Source: the human T2T-CHM13v2.0 reference genome, Homo sapiens
DNA: 64,000 bases
Assembly (NCBI RefSeq): GCF_009914755.1
Contig: NC_060947.1
Strand: one strand, 5' to 3'
The position numbers were made by a program, and so were the translations under genes. The notes under the pieces are model-generated. The model saw only the letters and a program-made list of their open reading frames with translations, was not told the DNA's origin and searched no databases. Shown here piece by piece: positions 62,480 through 64,000 of the stretch. The first letter of the stretch is position 1; each line of letters starts with the position of its first letter.

Positions 62480-64000
62480 TTCCAACCCCTAACAAGCAAT
62501 AATGAGAAGTCCTGCCCTCCAACTGTCAACAAGCAAGCAGACTTCTACTACCATCTGGCAGTAACAAGACAGCAACTCCCTTCCCCAGGAATTGGAGGTC
62601 CTGGAGCTAGAGCAGTGCCAGAGAAAGCCAGATAAAACAGAAAGTTTAAATAAGATCCAAAGTCTCATGACATACCACAAAACGTATATATTTCTATAAA
62701 AATCACTTATCATACCAATGACCAGAAAGATCTCAAACTGAATGAAAAAAGGCAATTGATAGGTGGCAAAACCAGGATGAAAGAGATATTAGAATTATCT
62801 GACAAAGATTTTAAACCAGCCATCACAAAAATGTTTCAATAAGTAATTAGAAACACTCTTGTAACAAACGAAAAATAGAAAGTCTCATAAATATAATAAT
62901 CAAAACATAAAAACTCAATGTATGGTCTCTACAACAGAATGAAGAAGATGGAGAAAAGAATCACTTAACTTGAAAATATAATGATAGAAACTATCTAGTC
63001 TGAACAACAGAGAAAAAATAGACGAGAAAAATGAACAGGCCTCGGGGACCTGTAGAACTACAAAAACAAGATCTAAGTTTTCTCTCATCAGAAGAAACCA
63101 TGAAGAATAGAAGGCAGGACAGAAACATTATTTGAAGGAATAATACTTGAAAACTTCCAAAACTTGGCAAAAGACATAAACCTTCAGACATAAGAAGCTT
63201 AGCATATACCAAACCAGATGAACCCAAAGAAATTTTGCCAAGGCACATCATAGTCAAACTTCTAAAGACTAAAGAAAAAAAAAAAAACCTTAAAAGCAGC
63301 AAGAGAGAAATGACACCCTAACTACAAGTGTAAAACAATTCAAATGAAAGCAGATTTCTCATCAGAACCCATGAAGACCAGAAAGAAATGGCACATTTTT
63401 CAAATGCTTTCAGGAAACAACAACAACCTGTCAACCAGGATTTCTACATCAGGTGAAAATATCCTTCAGGAATGAATGGGAAATCAATAAATTCTCAGAA
63501 GAAGGAAAACTAAGATAATTTGTTGCTAGCAAACCTGCATTAAAAGAATAAGTAAAGGAAGATCTCTAACAGAAAAAAAATGTAAAAGAAGAAATCTAGA
63601 AACCTCAGAAAGAAACAACAACAGAAAGAGTAAAAGGGTAAATATAATTGACTTTGCTTCTCCCATTGGGTTTCTCAATTATGTTTGAGGGTTGAAGCAA
63701 AAATTGTAGCATTGTCTAATGTAGTTCTAGATATATGTAGAGAAAGTAAGGCAATTATAAGTGGGGAAGGTTAAAGGAACTTAAAGAGGGGTAAGGTTTC
63801 TATAATTTACTCAAACAGGTAAAATGTTGATACTAGTAGACTATAATAAGTTATGTACTTACAGACACTTTGGAAAATAGATTTTCAGTTTCTGAAAAAA
63901 CTGCAAAATCAGTTTTTAGTTTAAAAAACTAAAACATACATTTACCATACAATGCAGCAATTGCACTCCTGGGAGCTTTTCCCAGAGAAATGAAAACTTA
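62480..64000 (+). mobile_element. Ancient L1 (L1MC/MD-like) 5' UTR end and ORF1, joined at ~63863 directly to the ORF2 3' end
   Basis: ORF1-like sequence (TTAGAATTATCTGACAAAGATTTTAAA, CACATCATAGTCAAACTTCTAAAGAC, GCAGATTTCTCATCAGAA), then CACTTTGGAAAA...CAATTGCACTCCTGGG...CAGAGAAATGAAAACTTA. Confidence 0.75.

Overview
Primate genomic DNA, probably hominoid given the L1PA3/L1PA4-type elements. It is AT-rich and dominated by interspersed repeats, and I can recognise no host protein-coding exon. Essentially all long ORFs in the track are broken L1 ORF1/ORF2 pieces or THE1 (MaLR) internal ORFs. Positions 1-29 kb are a TE pile-up: a ~350-bp Tigger3a DNA transposon has been stretched to ~22.8 kb by nested insertions six layers deep (old L1M > Tigger3a > L1MA2-like > L1PA11-13-like > THE1C > AluS), and most junctions still show their TSDs. 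The most notable structure is a head-to-head pair of full-length young L1s (minus ~22580-28665; plus 31813-37970) around a 3.1-kb spacer. Their UTRs place them in different subfamilies: one lacks and one keeps the ~129-bp ZNF93-target segment. Yet they share at least five non-CpG substitutions that differ from the L1 consensus as I recall it, which suggests arm-to-arm gene conversion in an inversion-prone L1 inverted repeat. Other points of interest are a candidate 3' transduction, an L1-insertion-associated target deletion, and a perfect 31-bp-arm palindrome created inside an old L1 3' UTR. Subfamily names come from remembered consensus sequences and need RepeatMasker/Dfam confirmation. I found no evidence for a new protein-coding system.
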